Origin: a virus
Lineage: Duplodnaviria > Caudoviricetes
DNA length: 64,000 bases
Reading direction: 5' to 3' (one strand)
IMG/VR virus record: IMGVR_UViG_3300022601_000013
This document shows, one piece after another, positions 22,303-33,010 of this stretch; the first letter of the stretch is position 1; every line of letters starts with the position of its first letter. Under the pieces are notes generated by a model. That model made no database searches and was not told the origin of the DNA. It saw only the letters and a program-made list of their open reading frames with translations. Made by a program: the position numbers and the translations under genes.

Positions 22303-22755
22303 TTATTTTACACCAGTTGAGCCGAAACCGCCAAGTCTTTCTGCTGTTGTGTTATCATCATCAGTAGTAAGATAATTGATAAACATGCCCTGTGCAATTC
22401 TGTCTCCTTTTTCAATAATATATGGAGTGTTGCCAAGGTTAAGAAGATTAATTCCGATATTGCCGTCATTATCTGGATTAGAGTAATAATCGCTCTCAAC
22501 CCAACCCTGTGTGTTGGCAAGCATAATAGGTTGTTTGCCCATTGAACTTCTTACGTTAATTAACAAAGCTTCGTTATCGTTAAATTTTGCTTTAACGTCG
22601 GTCCAAATTAACGCAGACTGCATAGGCTTAATTGTAACGTCTGTTGATGAGTAAAAATCATACGCAATAGATGATTTTGTTGCTCTTGTTGGAAGTTTTA
22701 TTTCACCTTTAGTTTTTCTGTAATCATCAGAAACTACTTCAAAATATCTATTCAT
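22303..22755 (-). CDS. dut: trimeric dUTPase
   Basis: AYDF, RSS, G..ESDYY, GDRIAQG, RLGGFGSTG motifs. Confidence 0.95.
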   Translation of the reverse strand: MNRYFEVVSDDYRKTKGEIKLPTRATKSSIAYDFYSSTDVTIKPMQSALIWTDVKAKFNDNEALLINVRSSMGKQPIMLANTQGWVESDYYSNPDNDGNIGINLLNLGNTPYIIEKGDRIAQGMFINYLTTDDDNTTAERLGGFGSTGVK

Positions 22756-22776
22756 TTGTTTATACCTCCTGATATG

Positions 22777-23130
22777 TTAATTACAAAAGAAACAATTAAG
22801 CAAGTCAAGACCATCTTCGTCTTCATCAAACAGATTGATTGCATCAATCCAAGGACAATCTAATTCAGTTGAGAAAGTATCATAGTCATTTAGGTACTTT
22901 TCAAGAAGATCAATTGTCTTATCAATTTGTTCGTTTGTGGCAATAATTGCATCTTCAAGCTCTTTTGTGCGAGCTTCCTGTTCAGACTTCTTTTTTAATT
23001 CTGCAGCCTTAGCTGCATCTTCTTTCTGTTTAGCTACACAATTAGCTTCACACTTACTTCTGTCTACGATTGTGTCATATGTCTTTCCGCAAATGCCGCA
23101 CTTATACATTTTGTTTTCATTAGTTGTCAT
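22777..23130 (-). CDS. hypothetical protein, N-terminal zinc finger and coiled coil
   Basis: YKCGICGK...CEANC; RBS AGGAGAG. Confidence 0.6.
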   Translation of the reverse strand: MTTNENKMYKCGICGKTYDTIVDRSKCEANCVAKQKEDAAKAAELKKKSEQEARTKELEDAIIATNEQIDKTIDLLEKYLNDYDTFSTELDCPWIDAINLFDEDEDGLDLLNCFFCN

Positions 23131-23187
23131 AAAAATCTCTCCTTTAATGCTTGTTTATTTTTATTTTATATTTTTAATATAAAATAA

Positions 23188-23883
23188 TTATCTTTTTAAC
23201 CAATTACTATACTCTGTTAAGAGTTTTGTATACATTTCAGTCTCATTAACCTTTTCAATATCTGCAAATTTTACAAATCCTGTATTATCAATAGGCCTAT
23301 CATCAAAAACATCGAGTGTTTCAAGATATGAAAAATTATCTCTTCCAATACCAACAAACATTATAAAACAATTATCTGTTGACATAGCACGTACAATCTT
23401 GTCAGTTTCTGTCTTATCAAAGTTATCTCCATCTGTAATAAAAATAATAAACTCTGGTATATCGTTAGTAACCTTTGAATGAATTGCATTAAGCACACCA
23501 GCGTAACTTGTGCCACCCATACAGAAAGAACTTCTCATAACGTTTCTACTAATATAATCCTCGTAATTTGATTTCTTGCATGGTTTAATCTCTTTGTAAT
23601 AATCGCTAAATAAATAACATTCCATTTCACCATCGTCATCAAACTTTAACGCAAAAGGGAACAACTTGTTAATTACTTCCTGCATTGTGCCATTTGAATA
23701 TCTGCCTGACATCGAACCAGAATAATCAAGTACAAGTTTAACTTTTGATTTTAAATTTGTAAAATCAACGTTTGTTTCTTTAGTTAAACTTACAGCAACC
23801 TTATCTAACGAAACAATATAATCATCAAGATTTGCTGACTTCTGTTCAGTTTTTGTACTTCTAAATAAATTCATAATACCCAT
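23188..23883 (-). CDS. vWA domain protein (TerF-like)
   Basis: MIDAS DYSGSM, GGTSY, FITDG, FVGIG...LETLD. Confidence 0.8.
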   Translation of the reverse strand: MGIMNLFRSTKTEQKSANLDDYIVSLDKVAVSLTKETNVDFTNLKSKVKLVLDYSGSMSGRYSNGTMQEVINKLFPFALKFDDDGEMECYLFSDYYKEIKPCKKSNYEDYISRNVMRSSFCMGGTSYAGVLNAIHSKVTNDIPEFIIFITDGDNFDKTETDKIVRAMSTDNCFIMFVGIGRDNFSYLETLDVFDDRPIDNTGFVKFADIEKVNETEMYTKLLTEYSNWLKR

Positions 23884-24614
23884 TGCCTTTTTACTCCTTA
23901 TTTTATATAATATCACACACACCTATTTCAAGTGTGTTATCTATAATTACTTTATATCCTCTGAATGTATTATCAGATGTATACATTGCTCTGTGATTTA
24001 TTTTGTCGTTGTTGTGTAGCAACATAAGCGATGTTTCGCTGCATTTAATCACTGGAGTTTTTCCAGTTTGTACAATAAATATTTCGCAATGCCTTGTAAT
24101 CCATTCAGGATCTATGTTAACAAATTTTATCATAATATATTTCTCCACCAACTATATATACCGTTCTGCTCTATTAATACAGTACCCTCAAATACATCTA
24201 CTGTATCGTTAAATTCTGGAGAGTACTCATCAACAAGGAAAATTCCTTTATTAAAAATATCATCATAACACTTTACGTTATATTTTGTTTTATTTGACAC
24301 TTTGTTTTTAAAATGTAAAATACAACACTTGTATCTTTTAGAACCAATTGGGTCTGCACTTACTGGTAAAATAGATGGATGAAACATTGTTGTTTTGTTC
24401 TCTATCATTTGTTACTCCTTTATATACTTGTTTAAGTCTAACGGATTTTCTGCTTTATGTTTAGTTTTTTTAGGTTTATTATTTGTAACTTTATAAAGAT
24501 AATATTCGGTACGGAACATATTTGATGTAATAATGTATATTAATATACCATTAATATCTTTATATTGTAACCATAATATTTCTTCTTTAGGAATGTTTAT
24601 TGTAGTATTCATTA

Positions 24615-24830
24615 TTACTCCTTAACAACACAGTAAAGAGAGCAATGACAATAACCTTCTTCGCCACGTTCAACTTGATCTCTGAACTCCTTACACATAC
24701 ATTTTGTATCAGGTGTTTTTTGAAGTCTACAAGGACAATAGTGGTTATTATCTTCTACTGCTTTGCGTATTCTTTCATATTCTTCTATATCTGGGTTTTT
24801 AATTATCCTTAACATATTTCTCGCCTCCAT
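24615..24830 (-). CDS. ferredoxin-thioredoxin reductase catalytic subunit-like protein
   Basis: CPC...CMC...CHC cysteine motif. Confidence 0.75.
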   Translation of the reverse strand: MEARNMLRIIKNPDIEEYERIRKAVEDNNHYCPCRLQKTPDTKCMCKEFRDQVERGEEGYCHCSLYCVVKE

Positions 24831-25294
24831 ATATGTTGGTTTGTACTTGCAAGCACAACACCTTCTTCTATATGATTTGATGCTACAAGTTTTTCCTTAT
24901 ATTTGCCGTATTTAATGTAATTTACAGATGTATTATTCATTAAATACTGTACATAATCAGAATCCTTATCGTGTCCAGTATACACAATTGTTAACAGGTT
25001 GTTTTCGTGTGCAGCTTTAATTGCAAGTATAAGCTCTTCTAATTGTAAGCTCCATTCTAATCCAGCAAAAATAATACCTTTATGAAATGGGTTGTTTTTA
25101 GCAATATCTATTAACCCTTGAATTGTTATTTGTTTTGTAGGCATTTTTTTTACATGCTGATTAAAACAATTTTTACAATTAAAATTACAATCACAAGCAG
25201 AGATGAGAACCCCTATAAAAGGGGCATCTCCCATTCTCTCTGTTTCAATATATTTATAATTAATCTTTTTCTGGTTCAAGCTGTTTTCTTTCAT
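24809..25294 (-). CDS. nrdG: anaerobic RNR activating radical SAM protein
   Basis: CNFNCKNC (CxxxCxxC), YTG, GKY, STNQ; adjacent to nrdD. Confidence 0.85.
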   Translation of the reverse strand: MKENSLNQKKINYKYIETERMGDAPFIGVLISACDCNFNCKNCFNQHVKKMPTKQITIQGLIDIAKNNPFHKGIIFAGLEWSLQLEELILAIKAAHENNLLTIVYTGHDKDSDYVQYLMNNTSVNYIKYGKYKEKLVASNHIEEGVVLASTNQHIWRREIC

Positions 25295-27032
25295 AGAATT
25301 CCTCTGTCTTTCCATCATTATAATCATCAACACATCTAAGATAGCCTGTAATACGCTGATACATTTTTAACTTTGCCTTACATATTGGACATACATCAAC
25401 CTTATCTGCAATATATCTGTGTTCAGGACAATATCTATTAAGAGGTGAAATACTTACATATGGAACTTCATACTCCGTGCATACTGTACGCACAATCTCT
25501 TTTGCTGTTTCACCACTAATAGCTCCATTACAGAATATGTGAATTACAGTACCACCAGTAAACATTATCTGTAAATCTTCTTGATGGTCGAAAGTTTCTT
25601 TAATACTGTTAATTTTACCTACAGGAATATGACAACTGTTTGTATAATAAGGAGATTTCTTTGTACCTCTTGTTATAATATCTGGGAAGGTTTCTTTGTC
25701 TTTTTTTGCGAGTCTGTAACAGGTTGACTCTGCTGGTGTTGCTTCAAAGTTATAAAGGTTTCCTGTCTCTTCCTGAAACTCTAAAAGCTTTTCTCTGATA
25801 TGATTTCCTACGTCTAACGCAAATTCTTTACCTACATCAGTAAGAATATCAATTCCTTCTCCAAAGAAGTTTTCACACATTTCATTCATTCCAACAATAC
25901 CTATTGTACTAAAATGATTTTTCATTGTGCCTACATAAGTATTAAACGCAGGGATAATATTTGTGCTAATAACATTTTCCTGTAACCATTCACGTTTAAT
26001 TTCAAGGCTTTCCTTAGCAACATTTAAAATTCTATCAAGTTCGGCATAAAACCCTTCTTTGTTGTTCTTATTATTATAAGCAACTCTCGGCAGATTAATT
26101 GTTACAACACCAATAGAACCTGTGCTATCACCACTACCAAAAAGACCACCGTTTCTTTTCTGAAGCTGTGTTAAGTCTAACCTTAAACGACAACACATAC
26201 TTCTTGCATCTTCAGGCTTCATATCGCTATTAAGGAAATTTGCAAAATAAGGATATCCATATTTTCCTGCCATCTCCCAAAGCAACTTGTTGTTAGGATT
26301 GTCCCAGTCAAATCTTTCGTGAATGTTGTATGTTGGGATAGGATAAGCAAAAGGTCTGCCATTACTATCACCCTTAATCATAAGTTCGCAAAAAGCCTTA
26401 TTAAACATATCCATTTCTGCCTGACATTCACCGTATGTAAAGTCTGCTAACTCACCACCAACAAGTGCACATTCTTCGAGCAAATCATTAGGTGGTGTTA
26501 AATCTAATGTAATATTAGAAAATGCAGGTTCTGCACCGCCACGACTATTAGAATTTATACTAAAAATAAAATTCTGTAATGACTGCTTAACTTCTGAATA
26601 CTTTAAGTTGTCAATCTTAATAAAAGGTGCAAGTAATGTGTCAACAGAACTGAACGCAACTGCACCCATTATTTCGTTCTGATATACAGTAATAAGGTTT
26701 GCCATCTGATTAAGGATAGAATCAAAGTGGTTTGCTGGTGCAGATGTTGGAATATTCTGAACACCGTGAACACCTTCCTGTATAAGCTTTCTTAATGAAT
26801 ATCCACAGCAATAAAGGGTAAGTCCTCCAAGGTCGTGAATGTGCATTAAGCCATCAAGATATTCCTTTGATATATAATCAGGATATACCTCTCTAAGCCA
26901 ATAGTCTTTTGAAACTTCTGCAATAATATGTTTACCAAGCCCACCATAAGAGTACGGAGAATTTGAATTCTCTTTTACTCTCCAGTCCTGCTGTTTAAGA
27001 TATCCTTCTACAATACTTTTACTACTCTTCAT
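25260..27032 (-). CDS. nrdD: class III anaerobic ribonucleotide reductase without ATP cone
   Basis: HIHDL, SMCCRL, TPAES, YYTNS, C-terminal zinc site and QRITGYL glycyl-radical loop. Confidence 0.95.
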   Translation of the reverse strand: MKSSKSIVEGYLKQQDWRVKENSNSPYSYGGLGKHIIAEVSKDYWLREVYPDYISKEYLDGLMHIHDLGGLTLYCCGYSLRKLIQEGVHGVQNIPTSAPANHFDSILNQMANLITVYQNEIMGAVAFSSVDTLLAPFIKIDNLKYSEVKQSLQNFIFSINSNSRGGAEPAFSNITLDLTPPNDLLEECALVGGELADFTYGECQAEMDMFNKAFCELMIKGDSNGRPFAYPIPTYNIHERFDWDNPNNKLLWEMAGKYGYPYFANFLNSDMKPEDARSMCCRLRLDLTQLQKRNGGLFGSGDSTGSIGVVTINLPRVAYNNKNNKEGFYAELDRILNVAKESLEIKREWLQENVISTNIIPAFNTYVGTMKNHFSTIGIVGMNEMCENFFGEGIDILTDVGKEFALDVGNHIREKLLEFQEETGNLYNFEATPAESTCYRLAKKDKETFPDIITRGTKKSPYYTNSCHIPVGKINSIKETFDHQEDLQIMFTGGTVIHIFCNGAISGETAKEIVRTVCTEYEVPYVSISPLNRYCPEHRYIADKVDVCPICKAKLKMYQRITGYLRCVDDYNDGKTEEFYERKQLEPEKD

Positions 27033-27238
27033 ATTTTACATCCTCCCTTAATCCATTTAACTGCTTCCATATAATTCATAATTTTATCATCAACTTTAAG
27101 CATAGGCATTGTAGTAAATCCCATTTCAACCATTTTATCAACATCATCAAAGATTTCATAAGAAATACCTAATTTGATTAATTCTTTGTTTAATGTATCG
27201 CACTTCGGACAATGCGATGTAAATAATGTTACATTCAT
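27029..27238 (-). CDS. glutaredoxin/NrdH-like redoxin
   Basis: CPKC and TMP motifs; translationally coupled to nrdD. Confidence 0.8.
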   Translation of the reverse strand: MNVTLFTSHCPKCDTLNKELIKLGISYEIFDDVDKMVEMGFTTMPMLKVDDKIMNYMEAVKWIKGGCKI

Positions 27239-27462
27239 TGTTCTGTCACCCCAAACTCATAAAAAATATTTTTAGCAAGCTCACCATCATTGTTTTCAAA
27301 AATTATATCTATAGGATTACTAAGATTAAGACTGAGTAATCCAAGTAGCGATTTGCCGTCTACTTTGTATTTTCCTGAAACAGCATCAATATTGTTTTGT
27401 GACTTGTTTGCCATAGTGCAAAATTTTTGCACTTTTGGAATTGTATCAAGTAATACTTTCAT
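27235..27462 (-). CDS. HPr-fold protein
   Basis: VDGKSLLGLLSL resembles the Ser46 region; no His in the protein. Confidence 0.75.
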   Translation of the reverse strand: MKVLLDTIPKVQKFCTMANKSQNNIDAVSGKYKVDGKSLLGLLSLNLSNPIDIIFENNDGELAKNIFYEFGVTEQ

Positions 27463-28045
27463 ATGATTCCTCCCCTGTTTTGTTATTATTTATATAATCA
27501 GCAATCTGTTTGACTACTTGATCTATATCTTTGTTAGCATCTATTACTATCATTTTAATATCTCTATCTTCGTTGTTCTTATAATGCCATACTGTTTTGT
27601 TAAGTTTATCTCTCCAACTAAAAGCTTCATCTGTATATAGTCTTGACACTATTGCACTATCAGGTGAATGTCTGTTTCTCATTCTATCTATTCGTGTACA
27701 TATAGATGTATCGAAATAAATAACAACTATCTTCCTGTCTGTTTCATAGCGTTTTAACAACTCATCAATTCCATCTGGGTCAATAGTATAAATATCTGCC
27801 AAATCTATTTGATATTTTGTAGCCGCATATTCATATCCATTATATTTAGTATATGCCATTATTTCTTCAAGCTTAGAAAACTGCTCTTCATTAACAAATA
27901 TATGTGTTGTTTCATCTTCGCTACGCTTAGGTCTTGTTGTGTAACTTATTACAGATGAATATCCACCCACGCTTGTTAATACATTTTCAACAGTTGACTT
28001 TCCACTTGCACTGCGACCACAAAATAAATACAAAGGCTTACTCAT
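27446..28045 (-). CDS. gmk: guanylate kinase
   Basis: GRSASGKST P-loop, SYTTRPKR, YNGYEY. Confidence 0.85.
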   Translation of the reverse strand: MSKPLYLFCGRSASGKSTVENVLTSVGGYSSVISYTTRPKRSEDETTHIFVNEEQFSKLEEIMAYTKYNGYEYAATKYQIDLADIYTIDPDGIDELLKRYETDRKIVVIYFDTSICTRIDRMRNRHSPDSAIVSRLYTDEAFSWRDKLNKTVWHYKNNEDRDIKMIVIDANKDIDQVVKQIADYINNNKTGEESYESIT

Positions 28046-28763
28046 ACCATTCACCTCCAGAAGGTTGTCTTTCCTGTGCTTTAATATAAGCCTTGTAAAC
28101 ATCTGAAAGTTTGGGTGCTAACCCACAACTCTTATATTCTGTACAAAACGGATATCCTAAACACTTCTGACACTTCGGAACTAAAAAACTTGAAAACTTT
28201 TTGCATTCATCGTTATAGCCAGCCACACACGCTTTCATTTTTTTAGCAAGCTTTCTAATTTCCCACTGGGCTCTCGTACAAAGACGCTCGTTACAAAAAT
28301 GAATAAGCTCTCTACCATTCATTTTCACCTCAATAACAGTTTCACAAGCGTTAGGTAAAAGATATCTCGCATCTTCTGCAGGAATACCATATGTATCTGT
28401 TAATGTCTTGTATGCAAGCTGTATATGAGTTATTACATCATTATAAATACTTAATGCCTTATCATCATTGTTTTTTATTGTGTCTGGAATAACATATTTA
28501 AATCCATCCTCTACACAGTACCTCTGTGATCTCTGTGCGTAGCTTGCATGTCTGTGTCTTACTAATTGATGTGTAAGTGCTCTACTTATGCCACTAATGT
28601 GAAATGTAAAATCTGCAAACTCAAGAACGCTATGATGACCACTGTTATAACAATTATTCATAATCTTACCGTTGTCATCTGGTGAGCTATCGTAGCAGTT
28701 AGCGGCAGCTCTTTCAATGCTTTTAACTGGATTTACAGTACATTCTGTTAAAATAACTTCCAT
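28038..28763 (-). CDS. thyX: FAD-dependent thymidylate synthase
   Basis: GHHSVLE, HQLVRHRHASYAQRSQRY, EDARYLLP, AQWEIR. Confidence 0.96.
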   Translation of the reverse strand: MEVILTECTVNPVKSIERAAANCYDSSPDDNGKIMNNCYNSGHHSVLEFADFTFHISGISRALTHQLVRHRHASYAQRSQRYCVEDGFKYVIPDTIKNNDDKALSIYNDVITHIQLAYKTLTDTYGIPAEDARYLLPNACETVIEVKMNGRELIHFCNERLCTRAQWEIRKLAKKMKACVAGYNDECKKFSSFLVPKCQKCLGYPFCTEYKSCGLAPKLSDVYKAYIKAQERQPSGGEWYE

Positions 28764-28781
28764 TAACTTTCCTCCATTAAA

Positions 28782-29051
28782 TTAATTTTGTGCTGTTTCA
28801 TCAACAGGTGTTGTAGTCCCATCTGGGTTTACTTTACGAGATACACCAGTCACACAGAAGCCTCTAATGTCCTTGATAAGTCTTTTCATATCATTGGCAG
28901 TAGGCTTTTCTTTTTTGTATAACTGCGTGATCTTGTTTAAGATTACTGTACAAGCAGCCTGAGCACCTATTAACATGCCTTTATTAAACTCACGCTCAAG
29001 ATGCTGTTTTACCATTGCTTCAAGCTCTTCGTTTTTTACTTTATCATTCAT
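28782..29051 (-). CDS. hypothetical protein
   Basis: ORF with GGAGGT RBS directly after a consensus promoter. Confidence 0.65.
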   Translation of the reverse strand: MNDKVKNEELEAMVKQHLEREFNKGMLIGAQAACTVILNKITQLYKKEKPTANDMKRLIKDIRGFCVTGVSRKVNPDGTTTPVDETAQN

Positions 29052-29083
29052 GTTTTTACACCTCCTCTAAATGAACTATATAT

Positions 29084-29112
29084 ATTATACCACATTAATT
29101 TTGTATTGTCAA
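29084..29112 (-). promoter_or_regulatory. sigmaA promoter with conserved box
   Basis: TTGACA-ATACAAAATTAATGTGG-TATAAT, 17 bp spacer. Confidence 0.85.
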
Positions 29113-29152
29113 GAGGTTGAGTCAACTTTTTTGCCCAACCTCTTTTATTTTT

Positions 29153-32100
29153 TTATTTTAACTTTTTAAGCTGATATTTTTTCTTTAATTTAATTAACCA
29201 ATCCTTATATGGTTTCATTTTATCAACAATCATTTTGTCTTCTCCGTCTTTCTTTCCAAGAATTACAACTTGCTTACCTTTAGAAATTAAATCTTGAAAC
29301 TTCTTTAAAGCATCTGGCCATATAGTAACTTCAATTATGCCGTCACCAGAATAAATATTAGCAAACGCAAACTGCTGTCCTTTCTTGGTTTTCTTTTTCT
29401 GAATTTTAGATACAACACCTGCGATAACGCATTTATCGCCAACATCATAATACGAGAAATCTTCAAGAAACTGGTATGCTTCTGCAAATGGATTTTCTTC
29501 TGTTACAAATATCTGTAACGTTTCAAACTCCCAAAACTTTTCGTCTTGCAAATATTTTTCTTCACATTGTTTAATATACTGTTGATATTTTTCTTGTTCT
29601 TGTCTGTTAAAATCAACTCTGCGTTTGTTATTATATATTTCTAATATTTTTTCTTTGTCCATTTTTCTTTTATTAATCATATATTTAGATGTATCAATAT
29701 CCCATTCTAAAAGCAGTTTTGTTTTTGATGGTAATGTTTTTACATTTTCATATTCTTTAATAGTATATTGTGATTTAAAGTAGTTAATTAAAAATGTTTT
29801 TTTGTTTTTAACTGGTATAGCTCCAGACTTAACAAGGTTAATGATTTGTACTTTTGTAGGCTGTATACGCTGTACAAAGTTATCAAATCCTTCAAACTTG
29901 CCGTTAACATTACGTTCATTGATAATAGAATATGATACTGTTTCTCCTATTCCAGTCACCGCAGATAAGCCAAAAAGAATTTTATCATCTACAACAGAGA
30001 AATTTATTCTTGAATTATTAATGCTTGGTGGAAGAACTGTTACGTCAAATTGTTTTGCATCTAAAATATGTTTATTAATCATACCAGGCTTGCTCTTATT
30101 CATATTAAACAAAGCATTAAAAAAGTGAGTTGTGTAATGCTTTTTTAAGTATGCTGTTTGTAAACAAAGAACTGCGTAGCTATATGAATGTGAGGCATTA
30201 AATAGATATCCACCTTTAGTTGCAAGCTCGTCACTAATTTGTCTTGCCAACTCTTCACTATATCCATTGTCAATTATTTCTTGGTATAATTTAGCAGACT
30301 CTTGTTTTACAAGTTCTACATTCTTTTTACCAATAGCCTTACGAAATAAGTCAGCACCACCATAACTTCTGCCACCAAATTTTCGCACAATATCCAAAAG
30401 TTGTTCTTGATATATCATACAGCCAAATGTACCACCTAATATAGACTCCATATCTGGATGTATATATTTAACTTTTTCTGGATGTTTTGAGCACTCTATA
30501 TATTCCTCAAGTGCCCCCATTGAGTCTGGTCTATATAGAGCAAGTACAGCAGAAATCTGAGACAAGTCTTTAGGCTGTAATCTTAATAATAAGTCTTTCA
30601 TCCCTGCACTTTCTACCTGAAATACTCCGTTGGTCATAGCACTACTTAGCAATTCATACGACTCTTCATCAAATTCAAATTTGTCATTATTAATGTCAAT
30701 TTCCCAATCAGATATATTTGCTCCATTCTGAGTTTCCTGAACAAGACCTAACGAAGCTACACCTAAGATGTCAAATTTTACAATAGATATTTCTTCTACT
30801 ATACGCTTATCTACTTGTATAACGTGCTCTCCCTCTGGGCCAAGCTTCATTGGCATAAAATCTGTAACCTTTCCGTCAACAATACCAACACCACCTGCGT
30901 GGATTGATGTTGTTTTTACACGTCCAGAAAGATGACTTGCGATGTCAAGTAGATCTTTGTACTTAGGGTTGCTTGCAATCTCTGGATTGTTTTCAAGACA
31001 TTCTTCAAATGTAGGATAAACAAAAGTCTTACTTATTTTGTCCATTTCTTTATACGGAAAACCTAATACTTTTCCAACATCTTTTAAGGCTACAACAGGT
31101 GTAATAAATGAAAAATTAATAATCTGACATACTCTATCTTCTCCATATTTTTCTGTAAGATAATTAATTACTGCACTTCTATCATATACGTCTGTGTCAG
31201 TATCAGGCATACTAATTCTTTCTGGGTTTAAAAATCTTTCAAAAATTAGTCCGTATTTAATAGGATTTATATTCGTAATTTCAATTGTAAAACAAATTAA
31301 ACTTCCTGCACAGCTTCCTCTTCCTGCTCCTACTTTATTGCCATTTTCCTTGCACCATTTTACAAAGTCTGCAACGATAAGAAAGTATCCGTCAAATCCC
31401 ATCTGATGAATTACATCTAACTCGTAATCAATACGTGTACGATACTCTTTCTGCTCTTCCTCACTAAGCTTATCAAACTTACGTTTTTTCCAGCCCTCTT
31501 TTATAAGATGTTGAAGATATTCGTAGTTATCACTAAATCCTTCTGGTAAAGGAAATGTAGGCAGTTTAGGAGACTGAAACGGCATATCTACCACGTCACA
31601 CATATCCGCAATCTCATTAGTGTTATTAAGTCCGATATTAACTGCCTCTACTCCGATTTGAGCATCGAGAATGTTATGTATTTCATCTTCTGACATTAGA
31701 TAACAATCATTATAACTTTCTGACATTGTTTCTGTATCATGTGCAACTTGCACTAAACGACCTTGATAGTATAAGTCACTCTTAGTTGCAGCGTGTGAGT
31801 CGGTAGTTATAATCCACTTTGTATTGGTTTCTTTAGCCAGTTTAAGAATTTTATTGTTGTATTCTTCTTGGTCTTGATTGTTGCCGTGTGCCTGTAGTTC
31901 TAAATAAAAGTTAGGAAACAAGCTTTTATACTCTCTTACATATTCTATACATTTATCATAGTCTTTTTCTCGTGAAAGCTTGGAAGCCAAACAAGCAGAT
32001 GTGACAATTAAATCTTTTGCATAAGGTTCAATATCCTTAATTGTTATACGAGGTTTGTAGTATTTTCCGTAAAGCTCTGATAGTGTAATCAGTTCATTTA

Positions 32101-32395
32101 ATGCAATTCTTCCTCGTTCATTTTTAGCAATAGCAATAAGATGAAAATATTTAGTGTCTTTATTTTTTTCGGCTCTGTCAAAGCATTCATAAAATTCCAC
32201 ACCATAAAGCATTTTAATTTCTGGATAATCTTTTTTAATCTTATCAAAATAACACCAAGAATATGCATTTCCGTGCTCTGTTATACAAAACGCTTTGAGG
32301 CCAATTTCTTTAGCTCTATCGAGATATTCTTTTGGTGTGGCATAACCGTCAAGTAAAGAGTACATGCTATGATTATGTAAACTACTATAACTCAC
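29153..32395 (-). CDS. dnaE: DNA polymerase III alpha subunit
   Basis: PHP domain HNHSMYSLLDG/ITEHG, GRGS, FERFLNPERISMPDTDTD, KFDILG. Confidence 0.96.
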   Translation of the reverse strand: MSYSSLHNHSMYSLLDGYATPKEYLDRAKEIGLKAFCITEHGNAYSWCYFDKIKKDYPEIKMLYGVEFYECFDRAEKNKDTKYFHLIAIAKNERGRIALNELITLSELYGKYYKPRITIKDIEPYAKDLIVTSACLASKLSREKDYDKCIEYVREYKSLFPNFYLELQAHGNNQDQEEYNNKILKLAKETNTKWIITTDSHAATKSDLYYQGRLVQVAHDTETMSESYNDCYLMSEDEIHNILDAQIGVEAVNIGLNNTNEIADMCDVVDMPFQSPKLPTFPLPEGFSDNYEYLQHLIKEGWKKRKFDKLSEEEQKEYRTRIDYELDVIHQMGFDGYFLIVADFVKWCKENGNKVGAGRGSCAGSLICFTIEITNINPIKYGLIFERFLNPERISMPDTDTDVYDRSAVINYLTEKYGEDRVCQIINFSFITPVVALKDVGKVLGFPYKEMDKISKTFVYPTFEECLENNPEIASNPKYKDLLDIASHLSGRVKTTSIHAGGVGIVDGKVTDFMPMKLGPEGEHVIQVDKRIVEEISIVKFDILGVASLGLVQETQNGANISDWEIDINNDKFEFDEESYELLSSAMTNGVFQVESAGMKDLLLRLQPKDLSQISAVLALYRPDSMGALEEYIECSKHPEKVKYIHPDMESILGGTFGCMIYQEQLLDIVRKFGGRSYGGADLFRKAIGKKNVELVKQESAKLYQEIIDNGYSEELARQISDELATKGGYLFNASHSYSYAVLCLQTAYLKKHYTTHFFNALFNMNKSKPGMINKHILDAKQFDVTVLPPSINNSRINFSVVDDKILFGLSAVTGIGETVSYSIINERNVNGKFEGFDNFVQRIQPTKVQIINLVKSGAIPVKNKKTFLINYFKSQYTIKEYENVKTLPSKTKLLLEWDIDTSKYMINKRKMDKEKILEIYNNKRRVDFNRQEQEKYQQYIKQCEEKYLQDEKFWEFETLQIFVTEENPFAEAYQFLEDFSYYDVGDKCVIAGVVSKIQKKKTKKGQQFAFANIYSGDGIIEVTIWPDALKKFQDLISKGKQVVILGKKDGEDKMIVDKMKPYKDWLIKLKKKYQLKKLK

Positions 32396-32398
32396 TTA

Positions 32399-32689
32399 TT
32401 ATTCCTCCTCGTAAGTTTTAATCATATTTAACAACTCAATAACAGTTAATATATACTTTTCAAGACCATCACTTCTATATTCCAAATATCTTGTACCTAC
32501 ACTTTTAAAATCCCAATTTGACTCTTTTTTGTCATACTCTATAAACGCTATAACAAAATTTGATTTCCTGCCAGAACACTCTATAGCATATTTATTTTTT
32601 ACTTCAGAGCCATCAATTGTCATAGCAGGTTTTACGCTAAAGTTTTTAAACTCAAACATAATCTCAACTCCTTTGTGTATAATATTCAT
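32399..32689 (-). CDS. hypothetical protein
   Basis: ORF within the minus-strand operon. Confidence 0.55.
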   Translation of the reverse strand: MNIIHKGVEIMFEFKNFSVKPAMTIDGSEVKNKYAIECSGRKSNFVIAFIEYDKKESNWDFKSVGTRYLEYRSDGLEKYILTVIELLNMIKTYEEE

Positions 32690-32976
32690 TCAGGATACTC
32701 ATCAAGAAAATCATATATATATGGGCTATCTAAATAAGAATTTAATGTATTGTATGCTATGTTGATATTGTCACAACAATCTAATACACTTACAAGTTCG
32801 TTCTTAAAATCTTCATAATCATCTTTGTCTTTGATTAAAAAATGAAAAACAACCGAACGTCCATCATTTGTCCAATCAATTCCTAAATGATTATCTTCGT
32901 CTAACATAAATATTTTAACGTATTGTCCATATCCTGCTTTTTCACCTTGTGTTCCATATACAATATCGGTTTTCAT
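32686..32976 (-). CDS. hypothetical protein
   Basis: ORF with AGGAGA RBS. Confidence 0.6.
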   Translation of the reverse strand: MKTDIVYGTQGEKAGYGQYVKIFMLDEDNHLGIDWTNDGRSVVFHFLIKDKDDYEDFKNELVSVLDCCDNINIAYNTLNSYLDSPYIYDFLDEYPE

Positions 32977-33010
32977 AAATATTATCTCCTTAAATTAATT
33001 TTGTATTGTA

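Noticed and set aside
29153-32395. Inteins or introns in DnaE, NrdD or helicase
   Set aside because: Lengths are normal, frames are continuous and no intein motifs are seen
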